Shown here piece after piece: positions 46,779 through 56,815 of a DNA stretch of 64,000 nt. Under the pieces are notes generated by a model, which had not been told where the DNA came from, ran no database searches, and was given only the letters and a program-made list of their open reading frames with translations. Made by a program: the position numbers and the translations under genes. This DNA is from Acidimicrobiia bacterium (GTDB lineage Bacteria; Actinomycetota; Acidimicrobiia; Spongiisociales; ZC4RG35): positions 2,506-66,505 of the forward strand of contig JBGSYD010000011.1 in the NCBI GenBank assembly GCA_041751055.1. The letters are read 5' to 3'. Each line of letters starts with the position of its first letter. Within the stretch, counting starts at the first letter, position 1.

Positions 46779-48110
46779 CTATTGGCTTCCGCCCGTACGC
46801 CCCTTGAGAATCGTCAGGAACGACCGGGTTCGCAGTTCGTCCACCGTTAATCCGGTGCGCTTGGTCGCCTCATCCTCATCGATCGCCCCACAGTTGATCG
46901 CACGTAGGAAATAGTTGAGCAAACCTTGACCGGTGGCGGCGTCATCGAAGACTTCACCCACGAGAGTTGCCTTTGCCGCGGAGTCGACGAAGTTGGCTAG
47001 CCGCTCTCCCGCTTGATCCAAACCCTCCACAAAGAACGAGTACACGGCGGCATACCGCGTTGGCAGTTGTGCCGGGTGGAGGTCCCAGCCCTGGTAATAG
47101 GCATGGCTCAGCGAGTGTCGGATATGGTCGTAGTGGAGACGCATGGTCTCCTCGATAGACCTCCGATTCTCGTCCAACAGCGGGGCGGCGAGATCCTCCC
47201 CCTTATGGATCGCAACAGGCATCACATTGGTTGCACCGTCCGAGAGCCACACGCCGGTTCCGGCCAAGCTCACTTGCATGGCATGCCTGGCAAAGTCGCA
47301 GGCCGGGTGGGTCATCGTTTGATGGGCGGCTGTGATGTTCATCGACGCCGTGTAGTCGTAGGTGCCAAAGTGGACGCCCCGTACCCTCCCATTGCCGGCC
47401 TCGACGAATTTCCTCACGCCGGCAGAGCCATCGCGGTCGATGACCATTTGCGGGGTTTCCATCATCAACTCGATCGCGATTCGAGCCAACCCCAAACTCG
47501 CCTCCAGCTCTCCCAGGACTTCGTCGAGTACGACCACCTGGTCGACCTCCTGGATTTTCGGCAGTGTCACCACAAACCCATCGGGCAAAGTGGTCGTCGC
47601 TTCAACCAGCGAGGTTACGAAGGTGTCGAGCGTCCTCAGTGACCGTCTGTGTAGCTCACCGGTCAAAGTCTTGATGCGAATTCCGATGAATGGTGGAAGT
47701 GTCCCGGCCTCCATACCTTCGGCGACTTCGCCGGCCGAAGTCCTCGCATGCCCATCTTCTTCGTCGTCGGGTCGGTTGCCGTACCCATCTTCGAAATCGA
47801 GCCGGAAGTCCTCCACAGGCTCCCGCTCGAGCTTCTCCCTCACCTGGGCATGGACTATCCCGGTAAGTCTCTCGGGGATCCCGAGAATTCTCGCGAAATC
47901 GTCGGGCTCCGACGCCCATTGCTCGAGTGCGCCCAGGGCCAGTTCGCCGAGTCGTTGCGCCGACCCCGATGAGAACAGATGGGCTCCCCCGTACACGGTG
48001 TGCACTGGTTGTCGCTCCGGCCCCTCGCCGGGGAAATCGCGGGATACATCTTTTGACGCGGCAATAAGGCGGTCGGTCCATCCGGACATCGAGGCGGATT
48101 TCAAGGTCAT
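46779..48110 (-). CDS. DUF6986-like HpcH/citrate-lyase-beta-fold protein
   Basis: RQPVHTVYGGAHLF, EDFRLDFEDGYG, TLPK, ELMMETP, HFGTYDY, SDGATN, YQGWDLHPAQL; start uncertain (48110 or 48089). Confidence 0.75.
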   Translation of the reverse strand: MTLKSASMSGWTDRLIAASKDVSRDFPGEGPERQPVHTVYGGAHLFSSGSAQRLGELALGALEQWASEPDDFARILGIPERLTGIVHAQVREKLEREPVEDFRLDFEDGYGNRPDDEEDGHARTSAGEVAEGMEAGTLPPFIGIRIKTLTGELHRRSLRTLDTFVTSLVEATTTLPDGFVVTLPKIQEVDQVVVLDEVLGELEASLGLARIAIELMMETPQMVIDRDGSAGVRKFVEAGNGRVRGVHFGTYDYTASMNITAAHQTMTHPACDFARHAMQVSLAGTGVWLSDGATNVMPVAIHKGEDLAAPLLDENRRSIEETMRLHYDHIRHSLSHAYYQGWDLHPAQLPTRYAAVYSFFVEGLDQAGERLANFVDSAAKATLVGEVFDDAATGQGLLNYFLRAINCGAIDEDEATKRTGLTVDELRTRSFLTILKGRTGGSQ

Positions 48111-48152
48111 CGTGGCGCAGACTCTAGGTGGGTAGGTACCGTCCATCCTCTA

Positions 48153-49511
48153 ATGACCACGTTGCTGTTCAAGAACATCGACACGCTGGCGACGATGAAC
48201 GGTGCCGACATCAAGGATGGTGCCATATTTGTGCGAGACGGCTGGATCGAAGAAGTGGGGCCGAAGGGGCAGCTGCCGGAAACGGCAGACGAGGTCGTCG
48301 ACCTTGCCGACCATGTCGTTCTGCCGGGCCTCGTCAACACCCACCACCACCTCTATCAAACGCTGACGAGAGTGATCCCGGATGCCCAAAATGCGGGTTT
48401 GTTCGATTGGCTACGCACGCTCTATCCCATCTGGTCGAAACTGACCCCTGACCACGTCCGGGTCTCGACAACGCTCGGGCTCGCCGAGCTCGCACTCAGC
48501 GGATGCACCACCGCATTCGACCACCACTACCTCTGGCCGGGCGGCTCGAGACTCGACGATCAGATCGAGGGTGCCGAAAAGTTGAACATCCGGTTTCACA
48601 TCTCCCGGGGGTCGATGAGCCTGGGCGAGTCCTCGGGGGGTCTTCCTCCCGATTCGGTCGTCGAAAGCGAGGGATCGATCCTCGAAGACAGCCACCGTGT
48701 CGTCTCGACTTATCACGACGCCGACCCCGGGGCCATGCGGCGGATCGTTCTCGCTCCCTGCTCCCCTTTCTCGGTGACTGGCGAACTGATGGCTTCGACG
48801 GCCGCCATGGCGCGGGACCTCGGTGTGGGGCTCCATACTCATCTCGCCGAAACTTACGACGAAGAGCAGTTCTGTTTGGACAGTTTCGGGATGCGCCCGG
48901 TCGAGTATATGGAGTCTTTGGGCTGGTCGGGCCCCGATGTCTGGTACGCCCACGCCGTCCACGTGGGAGACGACGAAATCGCCCGGATGGCGGCAGCCGG
49001 TACCGGGGTGGCCCACTGCCCGACATCCAACATGAGACTGGCAAGTGGCCTGGCCCCGGTCAACAGGTATCTTTCGAACGGGGTCAATGTTGGCCTCGGT
49101 GTCGACGGCTCGGCATCAAACGACGGTTCCCACATGCTCAACGAGGTGAGACAGGCCCTGCTTCTCAACCGCCTCGCGGTCTCGCCCGGGTTAGGGACAG
49201 GCCCCCAGATCACTGTCCGTGACGTGATCGAACTCGCCACCACCGGTGGAGCGCTGGTCCTCGGACGTGACGACATTGGCAAGTTGGCCCCCGGCTACGC
49301 CGCCGATCTGATCGCTTTCGACCTCAATCGCATCGAGTTCGCCGGAGGTCGACACGATCCGACCGCAGCCGTGGTGATGTGCGGTCCGATGAAGATCGAC
49401 CACTCCTGGGTCGGTGGGCGCCCCCTAGTCCAGAACGGGAATCTGGCAGACCTGGACCTGGAATCCACAATCGCCGCCCATAACGCGCTCAGCGCATCGC
49501 TGATTGGGTAG
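48153..49511 (+). CDS. 8-oxoguanine deaminase / amidohydrolase
   Basis: PGLVNTHHHLYQTLTR, DHHYL, LAPCSPFSV, HTHLAET, AHCPTSNMRL, GLGVDGSASND. Confidence 0.9.
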   Translation: MTTLLFKNIDTLATMNGADIKDGAIFVRDGWIEEVGPKGQLPETADEVVDLADHVVLPGLVNTHHHLYQTLTRVIPDAQNAGLFDWLRTLYPIWSKLTPDHVRVSTTLGLAELALSGCTTAFDHHYLWPGGSRLDDQIEGAEKLNIRFHISRGSMSLGESSGGLPPDSVVESEGSILEDSHRVVSTYHDADPGAMRRIVLAPCSPFSVTGELMASTAAMARDLGVGLHTHLAETYDEEQFCLDSFGMRPVEYMESLGWSGPDVWYAHAVHVGDDEIARMAAAGTGVAHCPTSNMRLASGLAPVNRYLSNGVNVGLGVDGSASNDGSHMLNEVRQALLLNRLAVSPGLGTGPQITVRDVIELATTGGALVLGRDDIGKLAPGYAADLIAFDLNRIEFAGGRHDPTAAVVMCGPMKIDHSWVGGRPLVQNGNLADLDLESTIAAHNALSASLIG

Positions 49512-49522
49512 TTTCTCCCCAG

Positions 49523-50317
49523 ATGAGAATCAGCCACCCCACAACCGTCGACGATGCCCTCGCCACGGTTACCGATGAGACGCAATTCCTGGCTGGCGGG
49601 ACCGACCTGATGGTCGAGGTCAACCTCGGGCATCGTGACCCCACAGATGTCATGGCATTGCGCCGGATCGAGGAGCTACATACGTGGGAGGGAAATCGGA
49701 TTGGCTCAGGAGTCACTTGGCGTCGGATCGAGCGAGACGGGCCCAAGGGGTTGGCCGAGGCTGCCCGCACGGTGGGCTCCCCACAGATTCGCAACGCCGG
49801 GACCATCGGAGGAAACGTCGCAACGGCGAGCCCTGCAGGTGACGGTCTCCCGTTTCTTGCGGCCGTAGACGCTTCGATAGAGCTTCGATCTTCATCCGGC
49901 ACGCGTTCGCTCCCCTGGCACCAATTCTTTCTTGGCGTCAAAAAGACCGCCAGACGACACGATGAGTTGATCATTTCGGTGACACTTCCCGAAGCTTTGC
50001 CCGACCGGCAGGCCTTCGGAAAGGTTGGTGTCCGCAACGCCATGGTCATCGCCACGGTGTGTTGTGTCGTGACCCGGGACACCGACGGAGCAACGCACGT
50101 AGCCCTTGGGTCGGTCGCGCCTACGACGATGCGCGCCACGCAAGCCGAGGAAATGATCTCATCAATCTCCAGCCCTACCGACTCCGATATGACCGAGTTT
50201 GCGCGGCTGGTCGGCTCCGAGGTCAAGCCGATAACCGACCATCGCTCCACCGAGGAATATCGGCGACATGCCTCCGGTGTTCTGGCGCGTCGTCTGCTCG
50301 AGAGGTGCCTCAAATGA
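49523..50317 (+). CDS. pucC: Xanthine dehydrogenase FAD-binding subunit
   Basis: LAGGTDLMV, VGSPQIRNAGTIGGN...ASPAGD, KVG.RNA, PI.D.RST.EYR. Confidence 0.85.
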   Translation: MRISHPTTVDDALATVTDETQFLAGGTDLMVEVNLGHRDPTDVMALRRIEELHTWEGNRIGSGVTWRRIERDGPKGLAEAARTVGSPQIRNAGTIGGNVATASPAGDGLPFLAAVDASIELRSSSGTRSLPWHQFFLGVKKTARRHDELIISVTLPEALPDRQAFGKVGVRNAMVIATVCCVVTRDTDGATHVALGSVAPTTMRATQAEEMISSISSPTDSDMTEFARLVGSEVKPITDHRSTEEYRRHASGVLARRLLERCLK

Positions 50318-50772
50318 TTGTCTCCTTCATCGTCAATGGAGAGGAAGTTGCCCCGCGGGTCTCCGCGCCGACCAGCCTTCTCGACGTATTACGTGATGAG
50401 CTAAATCTGCCTGGTTCAAAAAGCGCCTGTGAACAGGGTGAATGTGGCTCCTGCTCGGTGATTCTCGATGGAGAGTTGGTTTGCTCCTGTCTCGTCATGG
50501 CAGCAGATGCCGAAGGGTCGGAGGTAGTCACCGTGGAAGGTCTTGGTGAAGGCGCCATCCACCCGGTGCAGCAAGCAATGCACGAGGCAGGAGCGGTCCA
50601 ATGCGGATTCTGCACACCGGGGTTCGTGGTGGCGGCCGCAAACCTCTTTGCTGCCAATGCCCACCCGACGTCGGCTGAGATCAAGGAAGCGCTCGCAGGA
50701 AACATTTGCCGGTGCACCGGTTACGGCGCGATCATCAGAGCGTTCCAGGGACTTTCGGACCAGACATCATGA
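50314..50772 (+). CDS. pucE: Xanthine dehydrogenase (2Fe-2S) subunit
   Basis: GSKSACEQGECGSCSV, QCGFCTPG, GNICRCTGY. Confidence 0.88.
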   Translation: MIVSFIVNGEEVAPRVSAPTSLLDVLRDELNLPGSKSACEQGECGSCSVILDGELVCSCLVMAADAEGSEVVTVEGLGEGAIHPVQQAMHEAGAVQCGFCTPGFVVAAANLFAANAHPTSAEIKEALAGNICRCTGYGAIIRAFQGLSDQTS

Positions 50773-52994
50773 CGATCGATACGACTACGAGATCACGGAA
50801 CATCGAGGGCCGGGTTGGTGATTCCCCCCTACGTCCGGATGGGATCGCAAAACTCAAAGGAGAGTTCGAGTATGCCCAGGACCTGACGGCCGAGAACATG
50901 CTTTGGGCGGCTACCGTCCGCAGCCCACATCCACATGCCAGGATCGTCTCGATCGACATCGCACCCGCGCTCGCTATCGGCGGAGTCCACGCTGTCCTGA
51001 CCGCCGATGACGTTCCCGGCCGCGCCACATTTGGCCTGGAACATCCGGATCAGCCGGTGCTCGCCGGCACAGAAGTCAAATTTTGGGGTGAGCCGGTTGC
51101 CATCGTCGCCGCCGAAGACGAAGCCACGGCCAGAAGCGCTGCACGGGCCGTGGTGGTCGAATACGAGGTGCTGGACCCGTTGGTTGATCCTCAGGCTGCC
51201 GACGAGCGTGACGAGGTCTTTCGGCGGATGCTCATCAAGAACGGAGATCAGAAGGCGTCAGGAGACGTTGTAGTCGAGGGCTATTACGAGGTTGGCATGC
51301 AGGACCAGGCACCGCTGGGGATGGAGGCAGGTCTGGCGGTGCCCGACGCTCAGGGTGGGGTCGATCTCTACGCAACGAGCCAGTTCGTGCACGTGGACCA
51401 GGAACAGGTTGTTGCGTCCCTGGGCCTGCGACCCGACCAGGTCCGTTCACACCCGACTGGAGTGGGCGGGGCTTTTGGCGCACGTGAGGATGTCAACCTT
51501 CACATCCACCTATGCCTCTTGGCACTGCACACAGGTCAGCCCGTGAAAATGGTCTACCACCGTTCGGAGTCCTTCACAGGTCACGTTCACCGTCACCCCG
51601 CACGCATGTGGTACCGCCATGAGGCGAACCGGGACGGGAAACTGGTACGGGTCGAAGCCAGGATCCTGCTCGATGGCGGGGCATATGCGTCCACGACGTC
51701 AGCGGTACTGGCAAACGCATGCTATTTCGCTGTGGGGCCATATACGTGCGAGTCGGTGAAAGTTGTCGGCATCGGCACCCGGACCAACAACCCACCGTGC
51801 GGTGCGATGCGGGGATTTGGTGCCGTCCAGGTGTGTTTTGCCCACGAGGCCCAAATGGACAAACTTGCCGCCCGGCTCGGCATTGACCCGATCGAGTTAC
51901 GCCGCCTCAATGTATTGACGAAGGGCTCACCTCTGGCGACCACAGGACAGCCCATCGATACCCCGCTCCCGATACACGAGATCCTCGATTCGCTGGTTGC
52001 GATGCCGATGCCAGACGATCGGATCCCCGATGATGCCCTGTCGTTGCCCGGTGGGACTGGCCTGACCACCAGTCCGAGCGAAGTGGTGCGAGGTGTCGGG
52101 TATGCGGTCGGTATCAAGAATCTCGGATTCAGCGAGGGTTTCGATGACTATGCCCAAGCGAGGGTGAAACTGACGAACGAGGGCGCGATCGTTGAGACTG
52201 CTGCCATCGAAGTCGGACAGGGGCTCGTGACGGTCATGGCCCAGATCGCACGAACGGCCCTGGGTGTTTCGAGGGCCGAAGTGCGGTTTGTGGACACATC
52301 GAGAATCGACAGCGCCGGATCGACTTCAGCCTCCCGCCAAACCCAGATAACGGGCGGGGCGACACTCGAAGCAGCAACCAAGCTCCGCGATCGGATACTT
52401 TCGCTGCATTCCGGTGACGAACTCGACGACGAAGGCGTTTGGAGAGATGGAACCCTGATAGTGCCCATGGCGCAGATCGTCGACCAGAATTTTGAAGAAA
52501 CAGTCACTTTTCGCCATCCCCCTACCCAGCCGCCTGACGAAAACGGCCGCGGGACGATCCATGCCGATTTCGCCCTCGCCGGTCACCGCGCTGTGGTTGA
52601 TGTCGATCAAGAACTCGGACTCGTGCGAGTCGTCCGCATAGACACCGCCCAGGATGTGGGAAGGGCTTTGAATCCCGAGTCGGTGCGGGGCCAGATCGAA
52701 GGTGGGATCATGCAGGGTGTGGGATTGGCGGTGATGGAAGAGTTGATCGTCACCGATGGGGTAATCCGAAATCCGAACTTCACCGACTATTTGCTCCCCA
52801 CGATCCTCGACGCCCCCGACGTTGAAAGCCTCTTGATCGAAGAGGACGGCTCATGGGGCCCGTTCGGGGCCAAAGGTGTCGGAGAACCGCCCACTATCTC
52901 ATCGACAGCAGCCATAGCTGCCGCCATACGCGACGCCACCGGAAAGCCCATCAATCGAGTTCCGGTGCGGCCCCAGGACATTGCCCTCGCCTGA
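50769..52994 (+). CDS. pucD: Xanthine dehydrogenase molybdopterin-binding subunit
   Basis: RPDG..KL.GEF.Y..DL, VGGAFGARED, GAMRGFG..Q, SAGSTSASRQT, GQIEGG, GAKGVGE. Confidence 0.88.
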   Translation: MTIDTTTRSRNIEGRVGDSPLRPDGIAKLKGEFEYAQDLTAENMLWAATVRSPHPHARIVSIDIAPALAIGGVHAVLTADDVPGRATFGLEHPDQPVLAGTEVKFWGEPVAIVAAEDEATARSAARAVVVEYEVLDPLVDPQAADERDEVFRRMLIKNGDQKASGDVVVEGYYEVGMQDQAPLGMEAGLAVPDAQGGVDLYATSQFVHVDQEQVVASLGLRPDQVRSHPTGVGGAFGAREDVNLHIHLCLLALHTGQPVKMVYHRSESFTGHVHRHPARMWYRHEANRDGKLVRVEARILLDGGAYASTTSAVLANACYFAVGPYTCESVKVVGIGTRTNNPPCGAMRGFGAVQVCFAHEAQMDKLAARLGIDPIELRRLNVLTKGSPLATTGQPIDTPLPIHEILDSLVAMPMPDDRIPDDALSLPGGTGLTTSPSEVVRGVGYAVGIKNLGFSEGFDDYAQARVKLTNEGAIVETAAIEVGQGLVTVMAQIARTALGVSRAEVRFVDTSRIDSAGSTSASRQTQITGGATLEAATKLRDRILSLHSGDELDDEGVWRDGTLIVPMAQIVDQNFEETVTFRHPPTQPPDENGRGTIHADFALAGHRAVVDVDQELGLVRVVRIDTAQDVGRALNPESVRGQIEGGIMQGVGLAVMEELIVTDGVIRNPNFTDYLLPTILDAPDVESLLIEEDGSWGPFGAKGVGEPPTISSTAAIAAAIRDATGKPINRVPVRPQDIALA

Positions 52995-53004
52995 GCGGAG
53001 TGTT

Positions 53005-54036
53005 ATGACCGACAACATTCGCCAGCTGATAACACGCTTACCCAAGGCGGAATTGCACATCCACATCGAAGGCACTCTGGAGCCCGAGCTTATGTTCGCC
53101 CTCGCCAAGCGCAACGGCCATGAGCTGCCGTTCGGGACGATTGACGAGGTAAAAGATGCGTACCAATTCACCGATCTCCAGTCGTTCCTCGACATCTACT
53201 ACCAGGGAGCAGCCGTCCTTTCGACGCCCGATGATTTCTACCAACTCATGACCCAGTACCTCGATAGGGCGGCTGCCGAAGGTGTCCGCCACGCCGAGAT
53301 ATTCTTCGACCCGCAGACCCACACCGGGCGAGACGTCGGATTCCCGGTCTTCATGGAAGGTTTTCGCTCGGCCATCTCCGACGCCAGATCCAGCCATGGC
53401 ATGACAGCGGACCTGATCCTCTGCTTCCTGAGACATCTCAGCGGTGAGTCTGCGATTGAGACGCTGCGGAGCGCCGAAGACCACCTCGAGGGCGTGATTG
53501 GAGTGGGGCTCGACTCGTCCGAAAAAGGCCGCCCCCCACATCTGTTCGAGGAAGCCTTCAATCTGGCTCGGCATCTGGGTTTGCGCACTGTCGCTCACGC
53601 CGGGGAAGAAGGACCACCTGAATACGTGATATCCGCCCTTGATGTGCTCGGCGCCGAGCGCATCGACCACGGGGTGCGCAGCCTCGAGAGCGCCGATCTC
53701 ATCGATCGGCTTCGCCGGGACCAGACTCCCCTGACGGTCTGCCCTCTCTCCAACCTCGCGCTCAAGGTCGTGGAGCGGCTCGAAGACCACCCGCTGCCCA
53801 AGATGGTCGAATCGGGATTGCACGTTTCTGTCAACTCCGATGATCCCGCCTACTTCGGTGGATATGTGGGCGACAACTACGTTGCTGCCGCCGAACATCT
53901 CGGGCTTGGATTCGAAGCCCTGGCCGACCTGGCTCGCATGTCGATAACGTCCTCGTTCCTCGAAGAGGGGAAGAAGGTTCGCCTCATAGAGGACCTCGAT
54001 GTGGTCGTCTCGACCGCGTTCGCGGGCGGTAGCTAA
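53005..54036 (+). CDS. add: Adenine/adenosine deaminase
   Basis: LPKAELHIHIEGTLEP, LQSFLDIYY, HAGEE, RIDHG, NSDDPAYFGGY. Confidence 0.88.
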   Translation: MTDNIRQLITRLPKAELHIHIEGTLEPELMFALAKRNGHELPFGTIDEVKDAYQFTDLQSFLDIYYQGAAVLSTPDDFYQLMTQYLDRAAAEGVRHAEIFFDPQTHTGRDVGFPVFMEGFRSAISDARSSHGMTADLILCFLRHLSGESAIETLRSAEDHLEGVIGVGLDSSEKGRPPHLFEEAFNLARHLGLRTVAHAGEEGPPEYVISALDVLGAERIDHGVRSLESADLIDRLRRDQTPLTVCPLSNLALKVVERLEDHPLPKMVESGLHVSVNSDDPAYFGGYVGDNYVAAAEHLGLGFEALADLARMSITSSFLEEGKKVRLIEDLDVVVSTAFAGGS

Positions 54037-54062
54037 TCACGGAATCGGGCTAGCTTGCTCTG

Positions 54063-55079
54063 ATGATCCGAACCAAAATCCTGATCGCACGCGTTGCGAG
54101 AAAGGTGTTGGGCGAGCGCCGCTACCGAGACCTCACCGGCCCGAGACGAGGCGACCATTCCAAGCTGCTCGGCGAGCTGGCCGATCCAGCGAAAATACCG
54201 GACCCTTTCACCGGGGAACGATTGCCAGAAGGCTGTGTCCAGGTCAAGCCGCGCGACGAGATTCTGCCGGTATATGACCCGTTGTTCACTCCCGCCCACG
54301 AGGCGGATTGGTCCCCGAGCGATATGGTCATTGGGATCTCACTTGCCGGCGAGGCAAGAGCCTATCCAGTCGGCCCCCTGAACAAACGCGAGATGGTCCT
54401 CGATCGTATCGGTGAAATCCCAATCGTTGTCAGCTGGTGCCCCCGATGCGGGACCGGCCTGGTCCACAGCCGCATCCTTGAAGGGCGCGAACTCGTCTTT
54501 GGCAACCAAGGTGCCTTGTGTGCGGACGCCATGACTTTTTGGGATCACGAAACCGGGAGCGTGTGGAGTCAGCCGACCGGGACCGCAATTGCGGGGCCCC
54601 TTGTGGGCAAGCAACTCGAGCTTCTCCGGTCGACAGTCACGACCTGGCAGAGCTGGGTAGATCACTATCCGGACACCAGGGCCCTGCGTGTGAAGCGGCG
54701 TCCGGGCCATCACACGATGTCGGACCTCTCAATCGCCGTCACCGTGCTCGGGACTACCACCGCTTACGACGTCGATCTGGTTCGCGACCGCGGCGTGATC
54801 AATGATGAAATCGGTGGGTCATCAATAGCCGTGATGGTCGACCCAGCCGACCGTGATTCATGGAGCGTCTTCTCACCTCTCCTGGACGACACTCTCCTGA
54901 AATTCGAGGTAAGGGATAACCAGATTGTGGATACGACCGGTGGCACTGTCTGGAATCCCTGGAGCGGAGTCGGGACAGAAGGTCCGCTTGCGGGCCGGAG
55001 GCTCGAACCGATCCCGGCCTCAACGGTCCTACCCAAGGACATCCTCACAATTTGGCCGGGCGCCACAATCTACGAATAG
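54063..55079 (+). CDS. DUF3179 domain protein
   Basis: ARAYP, HE/RE.V.D, WCPRCGTG, D.ETGS.WSQ..G.AI.GPL. Confidence 0.8.
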   Translation: MIRTKILIARVARKVLGERRYRDLTGPRRGDHSKLLGELADPAKIPDPFTGERLPEGCVQVKPRDEILPVYDPLFTPAHEADWSPSDMVIGISLAGEARAYPVGPLNKREMVLDRIGEIPIVVSWCPRCGTGLVHSRILEGRELVFGNQGALCADAMTFWDHETGSVWSQPTGTAIAGPLVGKQLELLRSTVTTWQSWVDHYPDTRALRVKRRPGHHTMSDLSIAVTVLGTTTAYDVDLVRDRGVINDEIGGSSIAVMVDPADRDSWSVFSPLLDDTLLKFEVRDNQIVDTTGGTVWNPWSGVGTEGPLAGRRLEPIPASTVLPKDILTIWPGATIYE

Positions 55080-55090
55080 TCGGACAGGGC

Positions 55091-55705
55091 TTAGTCGACC
55101 TCCCAGACGATCAACGCCGCCCAGCCGTCATCGGCTTCACTCTCGATGTAGTTCTCGAGAAGACCCCGCACCTCAAACCCCTGGCTCATCTGGAATGTGA
55201 GCGTCGGGTCGCTTAGTTGCTTTGAGACCACGGCCGCTACATAATCCTGTGCCGACATGGTCGACTTATGGTCGAAGTATCCGGGAAGCGATCCCCCGGC
55301 CACGATTCCTCGTTTGCCGGAGCGACGCACCAGGTCTTTCCTCACCTCGTACAGCATCCCACCGATGCCCCGGCCCCGATACCCGGGAAGCACCGTCATG
55401 TCGGTTCCGTAGTACCAGGCTCCATCGGGATCGTGATTGCCACATTGGTGCTCACCGGTGATCTCGGCGATGGTGTGCTGGGGTCTGTCGAAGTCGAAGT
55501 CGAGAAAGATTCCGGCCCCCATCCCAACGGGCTTGTCCCCGTCCATGGCCACAAAATACCCCTCAGGGAAAGTGGAAGCGTAAGCAAGAATATCTTCCTC
55601 ACTCAGGAGGTCGTCCGGGTTCGCCATCGGAAAACAGGCCAATTCGATACTCGCGAGCTCCCGGGCCATGCCCGGCTCGAGATTGACGACATGGATTTCA
55701 CCCAA
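55091..55705 (-). CDS. GNAT acetyltransferase (YkwB/YhcX N-terminal type)
   Basis: FPEG.FVA, HDPDG..YYG.DM.V.P.YRGRGIG..LY, GG.LPGY, DPTLTFQ...GF; start uncertain. Confidence 0.82.
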   Translation of the reverse strand: MGEIHVVNLEPGMARELASIELACFPMANPDDLLSEEDILAYASTFPEGYFVAMDGDKPVGMGAGIFLDFDFDRPQHTIAEITGEHQCGNHDPDGAWYYGTDMTVLPGYRGRGIGGMLYEVRKDLVRRSGKRGIVAGGSLPGYFDHKSTMSAQDYVAAVVSKQLSDPTLTFQMSQGFEVRGLLENYIESEADDGWAALIVWEVD

Positions 55706-56732
55706 AGTCGAAATGCTCCCAGGGCAAATCGCCGGGCAATCCCCAAACTGCATCCATCGATCGTTTGGCCGGGCTCATCGAAACCGCACCACAGGTTGCG
55801 ACATCGTGGCGGGTCTCCGCCCTCCTGTTGATATCAGGGTCCGAGAAGAACAAGTCCAGGTTTGTTCCCAATGTCAGACCGTTATTGAGCCGACGTTCTG
55901 AGCTCTCGACGTTGCCAGGGTTCCGGCTTCCCTCTTCCAATGCCGTCCTCGGATCCAGACAGTGATTGCTATGGACAAACACTCCTGTGTCTACACGGGT
56001 CACATGGCGCGAGCCGGGCATCGCCTCAATATTGCATCCTGCTCCGTCCGGCCCCATCAAAAGGAAGTTGTGGCCGCCGGCCAGGTCGGCATCCAGGACG
56101 ACTTTCACTGCATCGTCCAACGACGTCTGGCTCAGCACCCGTCGTACGACGAAAGGCCAAGTTACGCCAGGCTTGCCGATGGAAGTCAAGTTGTTGATTC
56201 CGACGGCGACGCCCGCCTCGTTCAGTCCGATCTGACCCAGGCATCCCGCGGTTGTCTGCACCATTGCGCGAGGTCCATGGTCAGGGGCGATCTTGAGCAA
56301 AGTGACGAATTCCCCGGCCGATGCATGCATGTCCCAGGTTTGGGCCAGTATTCCCCGGTCAGCATCGATCACGGCCGTGCAGTCATCTTCTTCGATGGCC
56401 GGACCTCCCTCCGCACGCACCACATCGATGAGATCGGTGAAACCGCCGACGACAACGGCTTCGGCGTCGGTGATTCCAGCAGCAGAAGCCATGGCGGACA
56501 TCTCGGCATAGAGCGCGGAATCGAACGCCTCATGATGGTCCAGGGTTCTCGAAGCAAGAGACAAAATGGTGCTGGCCCCGGCCGTGCGCCCCGACCAATA
56601 AGGATCCCCCGAGAGTTCCAAACGATCCGCCAAGTAGGCCCGAATCGGCTCCGCCAGCCGCGATCCGTGTGTCGTCCCTAGGACCGCTGCCGAACCCGAC
56701 ATTTCGATGATTCGCAAAGGTCCGCCATACAT
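55698..56732 (-). CDS. C45-family autoproteolytic acyltransferase/hydrolase (Ntn)
   Basis: EEDDCTAV cleavage/nucleophile site, AQTWDM, GLNEAGVAVGINNL, GHNFL, HSNH. Confidence 0.82.
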   Translation of the reverse strand: MYGGPLRIIEMSGSAAVLGTTHGSRLAEPIRAYLADRLELSGDPYWSGRTAGASTILSLASRTLDHHEAFDSALYAEMSAMASAAGITDAEAVVVGGFTDLIDVVRAEGGPAIEEDDCTAVIDADRGILAQTWDMHASAGEFVTLLKIAPDHGPRAMVQTTAGCLGQIGLNEAGVAVGINNLTSIGKPGVTWPFVVRRVLSQTSLDDAVKVVLDADLAGGHNFLLMGPDGAGCNIEAMPGSRHVTRVDTGVFVHSNHCLDPRTALEEGSRNPGNVESSERRLNNGLTLGTNLDLFFSDPDINRRAETRHDVATCGAVSMSPAKRSMDAVWGLPGDLPWEHFDFG

Positions 56733-56815
56733 CCGGACAACGCTACAGGAACTGTTCGCATGTCCGTGGCCGTCCAACCTTTGCCGTGACCATCCCGGAA
56801 TGAGAAGGAGAGATC

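Noticed and set aside
54063-55079. Selenoprotein (DUF3179 family includes Sec-containing members)
   Set aside because: The CxxC is encoded as Cys-Pro-Arg-Cys with no in-frame TGA
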